Shown: positions 38,481-49,278 of the stretch, in pieces
Position numbering within the stretch: position 1 is the first letter of the stretch
How the letters are laid out: each line of letters starts with the position of its first letter
DNA from: Candidatus Eiseniibacteriota bacterium
Lineage (GTDB): Bacteria > Eisenbacteria > RBG-16-71-46 > SZUA-252
DNA: 64,000 nt
Assembly: GCA_963703225.1 (NCBI GenBank)
Contig: OY969801.1
Coordinates: 1,600,001-1,664,000, forward strand
Direction of reading: 5' to 3'
Made by a program: the position numbers and the translations under genes
Notes under the pieces: generated by a model
The model's input: only the letters and a program-made list of their open reading frames with translations
Databases searched by the model: none
What the model was told of the DNA's origin: nothing

Positions 38481-40915
38481 TTGCCCAAAAGCCGCTTCAG
38501 CGCTTCCCGACCCTGCTTCAGGGGATCGACGGCCGCCGTGGAATCGGTGGCGGCGCTGTCCCGCTTCCCGCTCGCGGCGAGGCTCCGCAGAAGCTCCTCC
38601 TGGAGCTTGGCGCCGGCGACCTCGAAGGTCTTTCCGCCCTTGATCGAGAACTTGGGCGCCAGCGCGGTCCCGGTCACCTTGATGTTGAGGGGAAGCCGGC
38701 CGTCCTTGTCACGGGCGTAGCGCGCAAGATCGGCGAAGGCGGTACCGCCCTTGATCCGATCGGGCGCGAGCCGGAGCAGAAGATCCAGGTTGAGCGACTT
38801 GTCGAGCCCCATCGAGCCCGCCATCTCGAAGAGATCCTTTCCGACATCCCCCTTCATCTTGTCGAGGAGGAGCCGGCCGCGATCGATCCGGAGAGAATGG
38901 GTCAACGTCTTGAACGCGAGGTCACCGGCTCCGCCGCCGCCGCCGCCCAACCCCAGCGCGTTCCTGAGCCCGAGGATCGTCGGCGTCTCGAGAATTCTCC
39001 CGTCTTCCACCGTACCGGAGAGCGCGCCGCGCAGCGAATCGGCCACCGAGGCCCCGGGCATTCCCGGCCCGGCGAGGTCCACGATACCGCTCGCGAACCC
39101 GGTCATCCCCAGCTGAAACGGAAGGAGGCCGGCCGAAAGCTCCTCCACCGGCGCGCGCTTGACGTTCAGGTTGAGCGTATACGACGGCTTCGACACCAGG
39201 TCGTTCAGCGTGAGTCCGCCGGCGATCGTCCCGGTCCCAATCCGCCCGGTGATCGGCGCGGCGGTGAGGGTCCCGCCCTCGTACTTCACGGGAACCACGA
39301 CGTCGCGCACGATCATCTTGCCTGACCGAAGCTCCCCGATCGTGACCATCGCGTCGAAGGAGCGGAGCGGAATGGGTGGGACGGCCGCGGGCGCCGCGGC
39401 CGCGGGTGGCGCCGGCTTTCCGTCGGGCCCTGGCGGCGGCGCCCACTCCTCCGCCACGAACCGATCGAGGGACGCCCGAAACGCTCCGGTGCCCAGCGGC
39501 TTCCCGGGGAGCACCGTGCCCGTGAGCGAGGCCGTGGTCGATCCGACCGTTACCTGAAAGGAGCGGATCGAGACGCTTCGTTCATCGCCCCGGACGTCGA
39601 AGCCCATCCGGCTGACGGGGCGGGCCAGGCCCGGAATGTCGCCGCTCAGCTCGGCTCCCTGCGCGGTCCATCCGATCGACGGAGGTGAGGGCGGCTCCAT
39701 CGTGAAGACCGCGCGGCACTCGAGGGTTCCCCCTCGCCAAGTCGGGGCGTTGGGCACGAGGCCGTTGAGCCGCGTCGCCTGGGCCCGAACGGTCAGGTTT
39801 CCGCTCGTGGCGCCGCCCGGCGCGATCGATCCGGCTGCGCTCAGCGCCAGGTCGAGCCCCTGGTCCGCGGCCTCGACGCGGGACTTGAACGTCCGGTCGG
39901 GCTTGGTGGTCCACGTCGCGACCGCCTGAGCCAGCGAAAACGTGTTCGCCCCCGATGTGACGGAAACCGGCTTCATCGTCAGGCGCCCGGACTGGACCGG
40001 CGCCGACGCGGGTCCGGTAATCCGGACTTCCCACGATGCCGTGGTCGACCACGAAGCCGGCCACGCCGCGGCCAGCGCACGGAATGACTCGTCGCTCGAG
40101 CGAATCGACTGCGGCTTTCCGGTCAGGACGAGCGCCAGCTCCGGCTCCTTTCCGCCCGCGCCGAGGCGGACCTCTCCGGCGAGCGCGCTCTGAAGCGGGC
40201 CGAGGTCCACCGAGCCCCGCGTGACCGCGAGCCGCCCACCGCCGGCGTCTCCCTTCGCCGCGACGTCGATCTTGAGCGGCGAAGGAAGCAGGAGGCTCCG
40301 ATCGTGGGCCGAGGCTTTCCAAAGCAGGCTCTCCGCCCGCGCGGCGATCCGGACGGCCCGCGGATGATCGATCGTCCCCGCAACCTCGGTTCGCCCGGAC
40401 AGGCGGCGGATGTCGATCCCGCCGCCGAGACGATCGCGCGTGCGGATGTCGATCCCATCCAGGTCAAGGCGGGGCAGCAGGAGTGCCAATCCCGCGCTCC
40501 GGGCCGGGGCCGGGGCGGCCTTGGCCGTATCGGCCGGGGCGGCGCGCTCGGTCATCGCGATGCCGGCGCCGCTCACGCGGGCCGCCGAGATTTCGACGCG
40601 GCGCGAGAGAAGCGGGAGGAGCTGAAAGCTCACGAAGATCTCGCGAACGCGGGCTTCGATCTCGGCGTCGCCCGCTCCCTCGGAGGGAACGCGCACGTAG
40701 AGCCCCTCGATGCGGACCCCGACGGCGAGCCAGGTGAGGCCGGGCCGCAGGCGGTTCCACCGGACGGTGGCACCATGGACCTGCGCGGCCTGTCGCTTGG
40801 CCTCCCGGTCGATCCAGTCCTTGGGCATCAGGAACCACGCCGCCAGGACGAGCAGCGCGAGGACGGCGGCGCCGATGCCGAGAACGGAGACCGCGATGCG
40901 GAGAGCCCGAGCCAC
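38477..40915 (-). CDS. AsmA family protein
   Basis: N-terminal TM, beta-rich body, C-terminal GSMGLDKSLNL...LPLNIKVTGTALAPKF. Confidence 0.75.
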   Translation of the reverse strand: MARALRIAVSVLGIGAAVLALLVLAAWFLMPKDWIDREAKRQAAQVHGATVRWNRLRPGLTWLAVGVRIEGLYVRVPSEGAGDAEIEARVREIFVSFQLLPLLSRRVEISAARVSGAGIAMTERAAPADTAKAAPAPARSAGLALLLPRLDLDGIDIRTRDRLGGGIDIRRLSGRTEVAGTIDHPRAVRIAARAESLLWKASAHDRSLLLPSPLKIDVAAKGDAGGGRLAVTRGSVDLGPLQSALAGEVRLGAGGKEPELALVLTGKPQSIRSSDESFRALAAAWPASWSTTASWEVRITGPASAPVQSGRLTMKPVSVTSGANTFSLAQAVATWTTKPDRTFKSRVEAADQGLDLALSAAGSIAPGGATSGNLTVRAQATRLNGLVPNAPTWRGGTLECRAVFTMEPPSPPSIGWTAQGAELSGDIPGLARPVSRMGFDVRGDERSVSIRSFQVTVGSTTASLTGTVLPGKPLGTGAFRASLDRFVAEEWAPPPGPDGKPAPPAAAAPAAVPPIPLRSFDAMVTIGELRSGKMIVRDVVVPVKYEGGTLTAAPITGRIGTGTIAGGLTLNDLVSKPSYTLNLNVKRAPVEELSAGLLPFQLGMTGFASGIVDLAGPGMPGASVADSLRGALSGTVEDGRILETPTILGLRNALGLGGGGGGAGDLAFKTLTHSLRIDRGRLLLDKMKGDVGKDLFEMAGSMGLDKSLNLDLLLRLAPDRIKGGTAFADLARYARDKDGRLPLNIKVTGTALAPKFSIKGGKTFEVAGAKLQEELLRSLAASGKRDSAATDSTAAVDPLKQGREALKRLLGK

Positions 40916-42055
40916 TTAAGCCTTCACTCTCGCGCCGCCGTAGTACTCGTGGATCGCGCCGGCGACGCGTTCGACCTGCTCCTCCGTGATGCCTGGATAG
41001 ATCGGGAGCGAGAGCACCTCGCCCGCGAGCCGCTCCGAAACGGGAAACTCCCCGGGCTTGTGTCCGAGCGACGCGAAGCAGGGTTGCAGATGGAGCGGAA
41101 TCGGATAATAGATTCGGGTGGCGATCCCCCGCTCCTTGAGGAACGATTGAAGCCGGTCCCGCTCGGGGGCCCGGATCGTGAACTGGTGATAGGTGTGCGC
41201 CGCTCCAGCGGGATCGGGCGGGAGCGTCACCGGGAGGCCGGCCAGCGCGGCCCGATAGAGCGCCGCCGAAGCACGCCGCATCTCGATCCACCGCGAGAGG
41301 TGGCGAAGCTTGGTCCGGAGAAACGCCGCCTGGAGCGCGTCGAGGCGCGCGTTGGTTCCGAGCGCCGTGTGCAGGTAGTTGCCCGCGTCGCCCTGCGCGC
41401 GGAGGAGGCGAACCCCGGCGGCAAGGTCGTCCCGCTGGGTGATGAAGGCGCCCGCGTCCCCGAGGGCGCCGAGATTCTTCGTTGGGAAGAAGCTCAGCGC
41501 GGCGCCGGTGGTGGTCAGCCCGACGGGACGCCCTCGGTCGGTGGCGCCGATCGCCTGGGCGGCGTCCTCGACGATCGGGAGACCCCGGCGCGCCGCGAGC
41601 GCCGAAACGGGCTCCAGGTCGCAGGCGAGGCCGTACAGGTGGACCGGCATGATCGCGCGAGTCTTCGCGCCGATCTGCGATTCGACGGACGCCGGATCGA
41701 GCCCGCAGCGGATCGGCTCCACGTCGGCGAACACCGGACTCGCGCCGGCCTGCGAGACCGCGCTCGCCGTGGCGAAGTAGGTGAAGGCGGGAACGATCAC
41801 TTCATCCCCGGGTCCCACGCCGAGCGCCTGGAGCGCGACCGTGATCGCCGACGTTCCCGACGAGAGCCCAACCGCGTGCTTGACCCCGCACACGGCCGCC
41901 AGCTCCTTCTCGAACGCGTCGTGCTCGGCGCCGAGGATGAACTGGCCCGATTCCAGCACCCTCTCAAAGTCACGCTTCAGCTCTTCGGCGAGCGCTCGGT
42001 GAACGATCCCCAGATCGAGGAGCGGGATGGGCGATTCGGTCGCGGTCGGCCTCAT
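40916..42055 (-). CDS. DegT/DnrJ/EryC1/StrS aminotransferase
   Basis: PVHLYG, EDAAQAIGA, SFFPTKNLGALGDAG, NARLDALQAA, LSLPIYP. Confidence 0.95.
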   Translation of the reverse strand: MRPTATESPIPLLDLGIVHRALAEELKRDFERVLESGQFILGAEHDAFEKELAAVCGVKHAVGLSSGTSAITVALQALGVGPGDEVIVPAFTYFATASAVSQAGASPVFADVEPIRCGLDPASVESQIGAKTRAIMPVHLYGLACDLEPVSALAARRGLPIVEDAAQAIGATDRGRPVGLTTTGAALSFFPTKNLGALGDAGAFITQRDDLAAGVRLLRAQGDAGNYLHTALGTNARLDALQAAFLRTKLRHLSRWIEMRRASAALYRAALAGLPVTLPPDPAGAAHTYHQFTIRAPERDRLQSFLKERGIATRIYYPIPLHLQPCFASLGHKPGEFPVSERLAGEVLSLPIYPGITEEQVERVAGAIHEYYGGARVKA

Positions 42056-43200
42056 TTCAACTCGACCTTGGCCCGCGCCATCACGACCGGGTCGCGTCCG
42101 GAGAGGTCGACCTTCTTGGCGGTCAGGGCCTCCCGATAGGCCGGCAGGAGGAAGTGGTAGGTCAAGATCGCCTCCGCCGCCGCCGCGCCCGCTGGGATCT
42201 CCGCGAATTCCACCTTGGGCTCATCGGGCCCGATCTCGTTCGTGCGCGCGACCTTCTTGGCGAGCCACTTGGGGACCGGCGACTTGCCGCTCGCGTCCGC
42301 GAATTCGGTGTCGTAGGTCTGGACGCGCGCGCGACTCATCTCCTTCCCCGCTCCATCCGTGTAGACCACCTCGAGCGTGATCGCCCTCATGGAAGCTCCC
42401 CCGCCGGGGAGCGAGTGGCCGCCGCGCCGGTTGGTGACGGTGAGCTTGAGCTTCCCTCCCTCGACCGCGGCGGCAACCCCGGCGGCCGAATCGAGAACGC
42501 CCGCCGTGTGCGCGCCGAGGAAGTGGTGGGCCCAGATCTTGTCGCGGCTCTTCTTGGCGAGGAGCGACGCCTTCCCCGGAGCCGGAGGCATGTGGCAGTC
42601 CTGGCACTGCGTCCCCGCGGCTGCGGCTTTGGAGCTCTTCCATTGCGGATGGGTCCCTTCGAACACCAACCCCTCCTTCTCATCCCCGTACCAGTGGCAC
42701 GACGCGCAGAATTCGCCCTGGCTCATGAGCGGGTTGTAGGCAAACGTGTGCGCGTTCCCCGGGTCGGCGTCTTCGAACGGCCCTTGCATCCGGTTTGGAT
42801 CGGACGCGTCCCAGGTATAGGACGCGGGCTTGGGCGAAACGTCAACGGCCGTCACGTTGTGGCAGAAGTTGCATGTGACGCCCTCCTGATTGACCGGGCC
42901 TTCCACCTTGAGATCCCCAGTTACCGACGCCAACGGCGCGTGGCAGGAAATGCAGCTCGACTGGATCGAAGACCCCAGCGCCGCCTTGGCGTCGGCCAAG
43001 AACGCCTGGAACACCGGATTGGTCCAGGATCGGGCCATCGAGGAAACCTCCCACTGCTTCTTGATCTCTCCATGGCACGACGAGCAGTTCCGGGCGCCGC
43101 GGGGCTCGGCCGCCTCCGCCCGGTTCCCTCCAAACGCCACGAGCGCGGCCACGCCCACCACGACCCTGGCGGCCGCGATCGCGGCGAGACATCCGCTCAA
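42052..43200 (-). CDS. Exported pentaheme c-type cytochrome (c554-like)
   Basis: CSSCH, CISCH, CNFCH, CASCH, CQDCH; GHSLPGG. TTG start overlapping the upstream stop (inferred). Confidence 0.85.
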   Translation of the reverse strand: MSGCLAAIAAARVVVGVAALVAFGGNRAEAAEPRGARNCSSCHGEIKKQWEVSSMARSWTNPVFQAFLADAKAALGSSIQSSCISCHAPLASVTGDLKVEGPVNQEGVTCNFCHNVTAVDVSPKPASYTWDASDPNRMQGPFEDADPGNAHTFAYNPLMSQGEFCASCHWYGDEKEGLVFEGTHPQWKSSKAAAAGTQCQDCHMPPAPGKASLLAKKSRDKIWAHHFLGAHTAGVLDSAAGVAAAVEGGKLKLTVTNRRGGHSLPGGGASMRAITLEVVYTDGAGKEMSRARVQTYDTEFADASGKSPVPKWLAKKVARTNEIGPDEPKVEFAEIPAGAAAAEAILTYHFLLPAYREALTAKKVDLSGRDPVVMARAKVELK

Positions 43201-44318
43201 CGGGGAGTTTCCCCCGCCTTGGCGCCGCGTGCCTCCACGTAGGCCGCGCGGATCTCCTCGAGCAGCGCCTCCCGCTTGGTGTAGAGCCGCTTGAGGGGCC
43301 TCGCCGGCCGCTTGGCCAGCACGTACGCCGTCAAGATCGGAAGCACGACGGTGCTGTCGACGTAGGCGACCACCGCGTCCGGAAGCCGATCGGGATCGAT
43401 CTTGCCCCAGCTCACCGCCTCGCCGGGCGTCGCGCCGGAGAGCCCACCGGTGTCCGCCCGGGCATCGGTCACTTGTAGAAAATAGTCGTGTCCCTCCTCC
43501 TCGATCCCGAGCACCTCCTGGATCTGGGGCTCCGTCTGGAGCGCGAAGTTCTTGGGGGATCCTCCTCCCAGGATGAGAATCGCGCTCTTGCCGCCCGATT
43601 TCTTCGCTCCGTAGACGATCGCCGCGGTCTCGTTCACGTCTCGAAATATGTCCCATTGAATCGCGGTTCCGTCCAGCCAGAGCTCGGCCGCGTTCATGCC
43701 GATCGAGCTGTCTCCCGGCGACGACGTGTAGATCGGAACGTCGAGCGCGTGGGCCTGCGCGAGGAGCGACGTCTCGCTCTGTCCGAGCGCCCGCTCGCGC
43801 TCCAGGACGTAGCGCCCCACGCGGTGATGGAACTCCGCGGTCCCCATGGTCTTTCGGAATTCGGGCGCGCGCATGACCTCCCGGAAGAAGGAATCGGTGG
43901 AGAGCAGCACGTCGTAGTCAAAGAAGATGTCGAAGATCCGAACGATCCCCTGCTCGCGCAGAACCACGTCGTCCACGTTCGACCGGCCCTGATGCATGGT
44001 GAGGCCGATGCCAAAATGGGTGTCGTGGTAGAGATTGGCGCCGGTCGAGATGATCCAGTCGACGAAGCCGCTCTTGAGAAGCGGAATCAGGCAGGAGCGC
44101 CCCAGGCCCGCGGGCGTCAGAGCGCCGCTGAGCGCGAGCCCCACGGTGACGTCGGGCTCGAGCATCTTCTCCGCGAAGAGCCGGCACGCCTCGCGCACCC
44201 GCGCGGCGTTGTACGCGAGGAAGGCCGTGTCGACCAGCCGGTCGACGGTGATCCCGGGGACGACCGGATCGGGGGCGATCTTCGCCCCTTTCAAAACCTT
44301 GGGCTTCGAGGAAGCCAT
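43197..44318 (-). CDS. Deoxyhypusine-synthase-like protein (probable homospermidine synthase, SpeY type)
   Basis: [52 protein letters not shown]. Confidence 0.88.
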   Translation of the reverse strand: MASSKPKVLKGAKIAPDPVVPGITVDRLVDTAFLAYNAARVREACRLFAEKMLEPDVTVGLALSGALTPAGLGRSCLIPLLKSGFVDWIISTGANLYHDTHFGIGLTMHQGRSNVDDVVLREQGIVRIFDIFFDYDVLLSTDSFFREVMRAPEFRKTMGTAEFHHRVGRYVLERERALGQSETSLLAQAHALDVPIYTSSPGDSSIGMNAAELWLDGTAIQWDIFRDVNETAAIVYGAKKSGGKSAILILGGGSPKNFALQTEPQIQEVLGIEEEGHDYFLQVTDARADTGGLSGATPGEAVSWGKIDPDRLPDAVVAYVDSTVVLPILTAYVLAKRPARPLKRLYTKREALLEEIRAAYVEARGAKAGETPR

Positions 44319-45034
44319 CAAGCCCTCCCGTAGATAGGGATCAGCGCGCCGGTGACCGACGCGGCCCCGGCGGACGCGAGATACGAGAGAAGCGCCGCGA
44401 TCTGGCCGGGCGGGACCCACGTGCGCGGATCTCCCTTCGGCATGTTCGCCCGGTTGGCCGGGGTATCGATGACACTGGGAAGAATGGCGTTCGCGGTGAC
44501 GCCGCTCTCCCTGAGTTCCTTGGAGAGCGTCAAGACCAGCGCGTGGAGCCCCAGCTTGGCGGCGGCGTAGCCCGCGGCGCCCGGGTAGCACTCCAAAGCA
44601 CCGCGGGACGAGACGAAGAACAGCCGTCCCGCGCCCGAGCGTTTGGCGTGCGGAATCACGTGCTTCGCGGCCCAGAAGGCGGAGACCAAGTTGAGCTCGA
44701 TCATGTGGCGGAGCGACTTCGCCTCCATCTGGTCCACGGCGACCCCACCCGCGTATCCGCCGGCCAGGTGGGCGAGCACCCGGAGCCCTCCAAACGCGGA
44801 GGCCGCGCCCGCGACGGCTCCGCGCACGGAGTCCTCATCGGTCACGTCGGCGTGGAAGCCTCGGAGCTGTCCGGAACTCGTAGCGGCCGACTCCGCCGCC
44901 GACAGCTCCCGCCATTCGTCTTCAAGCTGATAGGTGACGGCCACGGAGAAGCCGTCGGCGAGGAAGCGGCCGACGACCGCGCGCCCCAAGGCACCCGTAC
45001 CACCCGTGATGAACGCGGCCTCGGCGGACGGCAT
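44318..45034 (-). CDS. Short-chain dehydrogenase/reductase
   Basis: [28 protein letters not shown]. Confidence 0.92.
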   Translation of the reverse strand: MPSAEAAFITGGTGALGRAVVGRFLADGFSVAVTYQLEDEWRELSAAESAATSSGQLRGFHADVTDEDSVRGAVAGAASAFGGLRVLAHLAGGYAGGVAVDQMEAKSLRHMIELNLVSAFWAAKHVIPHAKRSGAGRLFFVSSRGALECYPGAAGYAAAKLGLHALVLTLSKELRESGVTANAILPSVIDTPANRANMPKGDPRTWVPPGQIAALLSYLASAGAASVTGALIPIYGRA

Positions 45035-45052
45035 TCCACACCTCCATGGTGA

Positions 45053-45799
45053 TCATCCGGGTTCGAATGCCGGAGTATACCGTGGCGCGTCGGAGACGCG
45101 CCAGAGCCCCTCCCGCGCGGCCCACCCGATGCGATTGGCTCCGATCTGTACTTCGACGAGCCCGCCGCGCGCGCCCCCCAACCGAACGCGCTCGCCCGCT
45201 GCCAAGAGGACCGCGGGCCGCGACGGCTCCTCCGGACCCCGCTCGACCGAGAGCATCGGTACGATCACCACCGCTTCCGGATGCATCGCCTCTTCCCACG
45301 CTTCGCGGTGAAGCCATGCCGAGAGGATGATTCCCACGAGCACGAGCCCGGCGCCCGCCCAGCGCGCCGTCCGCGGCAGGGGCCGGAACACGCGCACCAC
45401 GGCGATCGACGCGCCAGCCGCCAAGATGACCGCCGCGAGCCACCATGCTTCCCCCGCGGCGAGAGGGAGTGGAACGGCATCTCCGCGGCCCCCGCGATCT
45501 TCCTCTCCCGAAGCGCGCGCCGCCTCCGCGACGGAGCGCTCCAGATTGGCGCGAATGTCGGGTGCGCGCGGCTCGAGGCGCGCCGCCGCCAGAAGAAACG
45601 CGACGGCGGGGCCGACCGCGCCGTGCGTCAGCGCGACCGTCCCCGCGTTGTAGAGCGCGGTGGCGTCGGGTGCTCTTCCGCCGCGCCCCGTGGGAAGAGC
45701 GGAGGGAGCGACCCGGGCCGCCGTGTCGGCGGCGCCCGCCGTGGCGACGCCCGGTGCCAACGATGCAAGAACGAGGGCGACGAGGAGGGGCCGGCTCAT
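45053..45799 (-). CDS. batE: BatE-like TPR/TM/SH3 protein
   Basis: LYNAG..., PDIRANL, two TM helices, SH3-like tail ending in GW; position in the bat operon. Confidence 0.7.
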   Translation of the reverse strand: MSRPLLVALVLASLAPGVATAGAADTAARVAPSALPTGRGGRAPDATALYNAGTVALTHGAVGPAVAFLLAAARLEPRAPDIRANLERSVAEAARASGEEDRGGRGDAVPLPLAAGEAWWLAAVILAAGASIAVVRVFRPLPRTARWAGAGLVLVGIILSAWLHREAWEEAMHPEAVVIVPMLSVERGPEEPSRPAVLLAAGERVRLGGARGGLVEVQIGANRIGWAAREGLWRVSDAPRYTPAFEPG

Positions 45800-47526
45800 C
45801 CGACCTCCTCCCGGTATCGCTTGAGGAGCAGCTCGGCGGCGGCGCGCTCCGGAAGGCCCCCTCCAGCGCGGGCTGTGGGCGGCGCGAACGCGAGCTGGTC
45901 GAGGTCGCCGAGCAGCTTCGAAATCTCAGCCAGACCCGCCTCGGTCGCGCCGGCGGCGTTCACCCGAGCGAGCACCTCGTCCGCGGATCGGCCGTCGACG
46001 TCGATGTCGTAGCGCAGTCCCACCGCCTGCCGGACGATCGAGCCAAGACGAACCGCGGCGGGCGCGCCATCCGTGGCCGCTCCTTCGACGGTTTGAAGCT
46101 CCGCCAGGAGCGCCTCCAGCGCCGCGGCGCGGCGGCGGAGGGGATCCCGCTCGGACCGGTCGCGGACTCTCCTTCCGACGAGCGCCGCCACGTAGGCCAG
46201 AAGCGACAGGAGCGCCACGGCGCGGCTTCCGGTCGGCGGCTTCAGCGTCAGATCTCCGCGCCGGCCGGGACGCGAGCGGAGCGCGGCCACCGGGCCCACG
46301 ACCCGGGCGGGGCGGAGGGAATCGCCGGGCACGTCGGAGGAGCGAACCACGACGCGGATGGAATCCGAGATCTGTGTCCGGTACCGCTCCCCTTCGGGGT
46401 CGAACCAGGAGTAGCGAACCGGGAGGATCGCGAAGCGGCCCGGCGCCTCGGGAACGAACGTCATTTCCCGCCGCCGCTCGCCGCGCAAGCGATCTCCGGA
46501 GCGATCGAGCGTGGTGTTCGCACCGCCCGTGTAGATCCGGGCGGGGGCCGACGCGGCAATCTCCGGGTCCCCCGCCGATCCGACATTCCCCACGCCCCGA
46601 ACCGAGGTCGTAACCGTCACCGGTTCTCCCGCGCGCACGGTGGCGCGGTCGACACGGACGTCCATCGAGAAACTTCCAACCGCGCCCTTGAAGCTGGGCG
46701 GGGCTCCGGGCGGGAGCGCCACGACGTCGAGCGTGGCCCGCTCGGTGTCGATCACGCCCTCCTCCACCTGCGTCTCCGGAAGGCCGAGCGTGCTCCAGGG
46801 GTCGGGCTGGACGACGCGGCGGACCACGCGCACGTGCACGCGGGCGGGTCCGACGGTGAGGCGACCGGTGCGCGTGGGAAAATACGCGACGCGAACCTCG
46901 GTGGCGTCGTACTCGACCCCATCGATCGTCGTTCGCCGCGTCTGCGCGGGCCCCAAGACCTCGCTCCAGAATCCCGCCGCCGCCGGCGGGTCCCAGACCG
47001 GAGGTCCGTCCAACTGGACGCGGGAGTAGACGGTGAATCGTGCCGTTACGTTTTCGTTCCAGTACGCGCGGTTCCGGTCGAGGGTCAGACGCGCGAAGAG
47101 CTCCAGCCCTTCCCCGCGCGGTGGCGGCGGAGCCTTGCCCACGTGGAGCGTGAGCGGGGTTGATTCCGCCTCGAGCCCGCCCGAGGTGATGTGGACGGCC
47201 GGGATGGTGACGTCGCCCTCGGCGGCGGAGCGGATCCGAAATCCGATGGTCAACGTCCGGATGACTCGACCGTTGACCCAGGAGAAACCCTGCGATTCTC
47301 CCAACCGCTCGACCTGGGCGCCCGTGATCTCGGGCAACGTCACGGGCGGCACGTCGACCCCCTCGGCGAGCACCACGAACGTGAGCATCGCCGCTTGACC
47401 CACCCCCACGTTGGGCCGGTCGAGGTTGACCCGAAGCTCGAGCTTGTTCTCGGCCTCGGCCGGCCGGACGAACGCGGCCGAGAGGAGAATGGCGAGAAGC
47501 AGCGTCGCGGCTCGCCGTGGGATCAT
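45796..47526 (-). CDS. batD: BatD family protein
   Basis: SQGFSWVNG, FKGAVGSF, GVGNV, WFDPEGERYRT. Confidence 0.85.
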   Translation of the reverse strand: MIPRRAATLLLAILLSAAFVRPAEAENKLELRVNLDRPNVGVGQAAMLTFVVLAEGVDVPPVTLPEITGAQVERLGESQGFSWVNGRVIRTLTIGFRIRSAAEGDVTIPAVHITSGGLEAESTPLTLHVGKAPPPPRGEGLELFARLTLDRNRAYWNENVTARFTVYSRVQLDGPPVWDPPAAAGFWSEVLGPAQTRRTTIDGVEYDATEVRVAYFPTRTGRLTVGPARVHVRVVRRVVQPDPWSTLGLPETQVEEGVIDTERATLDVVALPPGAPPSFKGAVGSFSMDVRVDRATVRAGEPVTVTTSVRGVGNVGSAGDPEIAASAPARIYTGGANTTLDRSGDRLRGERRREMTFVPEAPGRFAILPVRYSWFDPEGERYRTQISDSIRVVVRSSDVPGDSLRPARVVGPVAALRSRPGRRGDLTLKPPTGSRAVALLSLLAYVAALVGRRVRDRSERDPLRRRAAALEALLAELQTVEGAATDGAPAAVRLGSIVRQAVGLRYDIDVDGRSADEVLARVNAAGATEAGLAEISKLLGDLDQLAFAPPTARAGGGLPERAAAELLLKRYREEVG

Positions 47527-47533
47527 CCGAATC

Positions 47534-48268
47534 TCACCAGTCACGCTGTCCCCGCTCCTCCTCCGGGCCCCCTCGATCGCGTCGTTTTGCCGCCTGCCGC
47601 TCGCTCTCGAGCGCGTCCAGCCAGTGCTCCGCCTCCTCGCGGCTCGGCATCGTGGTGCCGAGTTGGGGCGACTGCTGCGGTTGGGTCGCCGGCGGGTTCG
47701 ACTTCGACCCTGGGTCCTGCCGCGATTGCGGTCCACCCTCGTTCTGGTTCCCGCCTTGGTTCTGCTGCCCTTGGCCTTTCGGCGTGTTGCTTCCGCTCCC
47801 GCTCTGCGGTTGGGGTTTCGCGTTTCGGGCCCGGCGGATCGCCTCCTCGAAATTCTTCTTCGCGTCGCTCCGGGTCGGGTCGATGCGGAGCGATTCGCGA
47901 TAGAGCCTGGCCGCCGCGCCGTAATCCTGGGCCTGCATCGCCTGGTTGCCCAAATTGAACGCCGCCGAAGAGCGCGCGCGATCGCCGGTCAAATCGGGCG
48001 CGCGCGCCGCCTCGTTGTAGGCCGTGCGGGCCGAATCGACAAATCCCGCTCCCTGGTAGGCGAGCGCTTGGTCGTAGCGCACGGCCGCCGAGCGAGGGAG
48101 ATCGGACCGCCCCTCGCGCAGCGATTCCACCGCGCGGCGGTGCTCGCCTTTCTTCAACTCGCGCACCCCTCGCGCCGCCGCCCCGCCCCACTCGTAGAAG
48201 GCGCCGGTCGCCGCCGCCCAGAGCGACACCGAAAGGACCACCGACCCCAGGGACCTCTTCGCGGTCAT
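47534..48268 (-). CDS. batC: BatC-like TPR protein
   Basis: FNLGN, YRESLRIDP..DAKKNFE, Q-rich linker, EEAEHWLDALE, RDW C-terminus. Confidence 0.85.
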   Translation of the reverse strand: MTAKRSLGSVVLSVSLWAAATGAFYEWGGAAARGVRELKKGEHRRAVESLREGRSDLPRSAAVRYDQALAYQGAGFVDSARTAYNEAARAPDLTGDRARSSAAFNLGNQAMQAQDYGAAARLYRESLRIDPTRSDAKKNFEEAIRRARNAKPQPQSGSGSNTPKGQGQQNQGGNQNEGGPQSRQDPGSKSNPPATQPQQSPQLGTTMPSREEAEHWLDALESERQAAKRRDRGGPEEERGQRDW

Positions 48269-49266
48269 GTCTTTCTCCGTCGCGGCACGGCCCGCTCCGC
48301 CAACAGGAAGAGCCCGGCCACCGCGGCAAACCAGGGGAAGCGCTCGTCGTAGGCGCGAATGGTCTGACCCCGCACCTCCTGGCCTCCTCCCGAGCGGATC
48401 GCGTCCGCGAGGCGAAGCGCCGCGCGCCCGCCGCCGTCGCCCCGCTCGTAGCGCCCGCCGCCCGCGCGGGCCAGGTCGCGGAGCAGATTCTCGTCGATTC
48501 GGGTTCGCACCGGCTGCCCGTCCGGCCCGCGCCGCTCGCCGACGACCACGCCGGTTGAGTCGACGATCGGGATCGACGCACCCTCGGGGGTGCCGACGCC
48601 AATCGTGAAGAGCCGCGCGCCGGCTCGGCGCACCGCGTCGACTCCCCCGCGTGGATCGCCCGAGAGATTTTCCCCGTCCGTCACCAGCACCACCGCACGG
48701 GGACGATCCCCCGGACGACGCAGGAGCGTCCCCGCGAGCGAGATGCCCGCTCCGATGTCGCTCCCAGGAGCTTCGATATCTCCAGGCCGCGCCGATTCCA
48801 CCATCGACGCCAACCCTTCGTGGTCGGTGGAGAGCGGGCTGATCACGCGCGCCGCGCCCGTGAACGCGACGAACCCCATCGACGAACCCTCCAGTGCCTG
48901 AAGCAGCGTGGTGACCTCGCGGACGGCAGCGCGCAAGCGGTCGGGCCGCACGTCGCGCGCCTCCATGCTGTGCGAAAGGTCGAGCGCGACCACCACGTCG
49001 GCGCCCCGCGAGGCGGTGGTGACGAAGCGAAAGCCCGCCTGGGGCCGCGCCAGGGCCGCGATCGCGAGGGAAACCCCGAGAACCGTGAGCGCCAACCGCG
49101 CCGCCCGCGCCCCGCGCCCGGCCTCGCCCGAGAGCTTCCGGAGGGCCGCCGGCTCTCCCAGATCCGCCTCGAGGCGCGAGCGTCGATAACGTGCCCAGGC
49201 CCAAAGCAAGAGAACGGCCGGAATCAGCCAAAGAAGATAGAGCCGCGCGGGTTCCGCCCACCGCAT
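48265..49266 (-). CDS. batB: VWA domain protein BatB
   Basis: ALARPQ, DLSHSMEARDVRPDRL, VTDGEN, GVGTPEG. Confidence 0.88.
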   Translation of the reverse strand: MRWAEPARLYLLWLIPAVLLLWAWARYRRSRLEADLGEPAALRKLSGEAGRGARAARLALTVLGVSLAIAALARPQAGFRFVTTASRGADVVVALDLSHSMEARDVRPDRLRAAVREVTTLLQALEGSSMGFVAFTGAARVISPLSTDHEGLASMVESARPGDIEAPGSDIGAGISLAGTLLRRPGDRPRAVVLVTDGENLSGDPRGGVDAVRRAGARLFTIGVGTPEGASIPIVDSTGVVVGERRGPDGQPVRTRIDENLLRDLARAGGGRYERGDGGGRAALRLADAIRSGGGQEVRGQTIRAYDERFPWFAAVAGLFLLAERAVPRRRKT

Positions 49267-49278
49267 CGCCCGGCCCCC

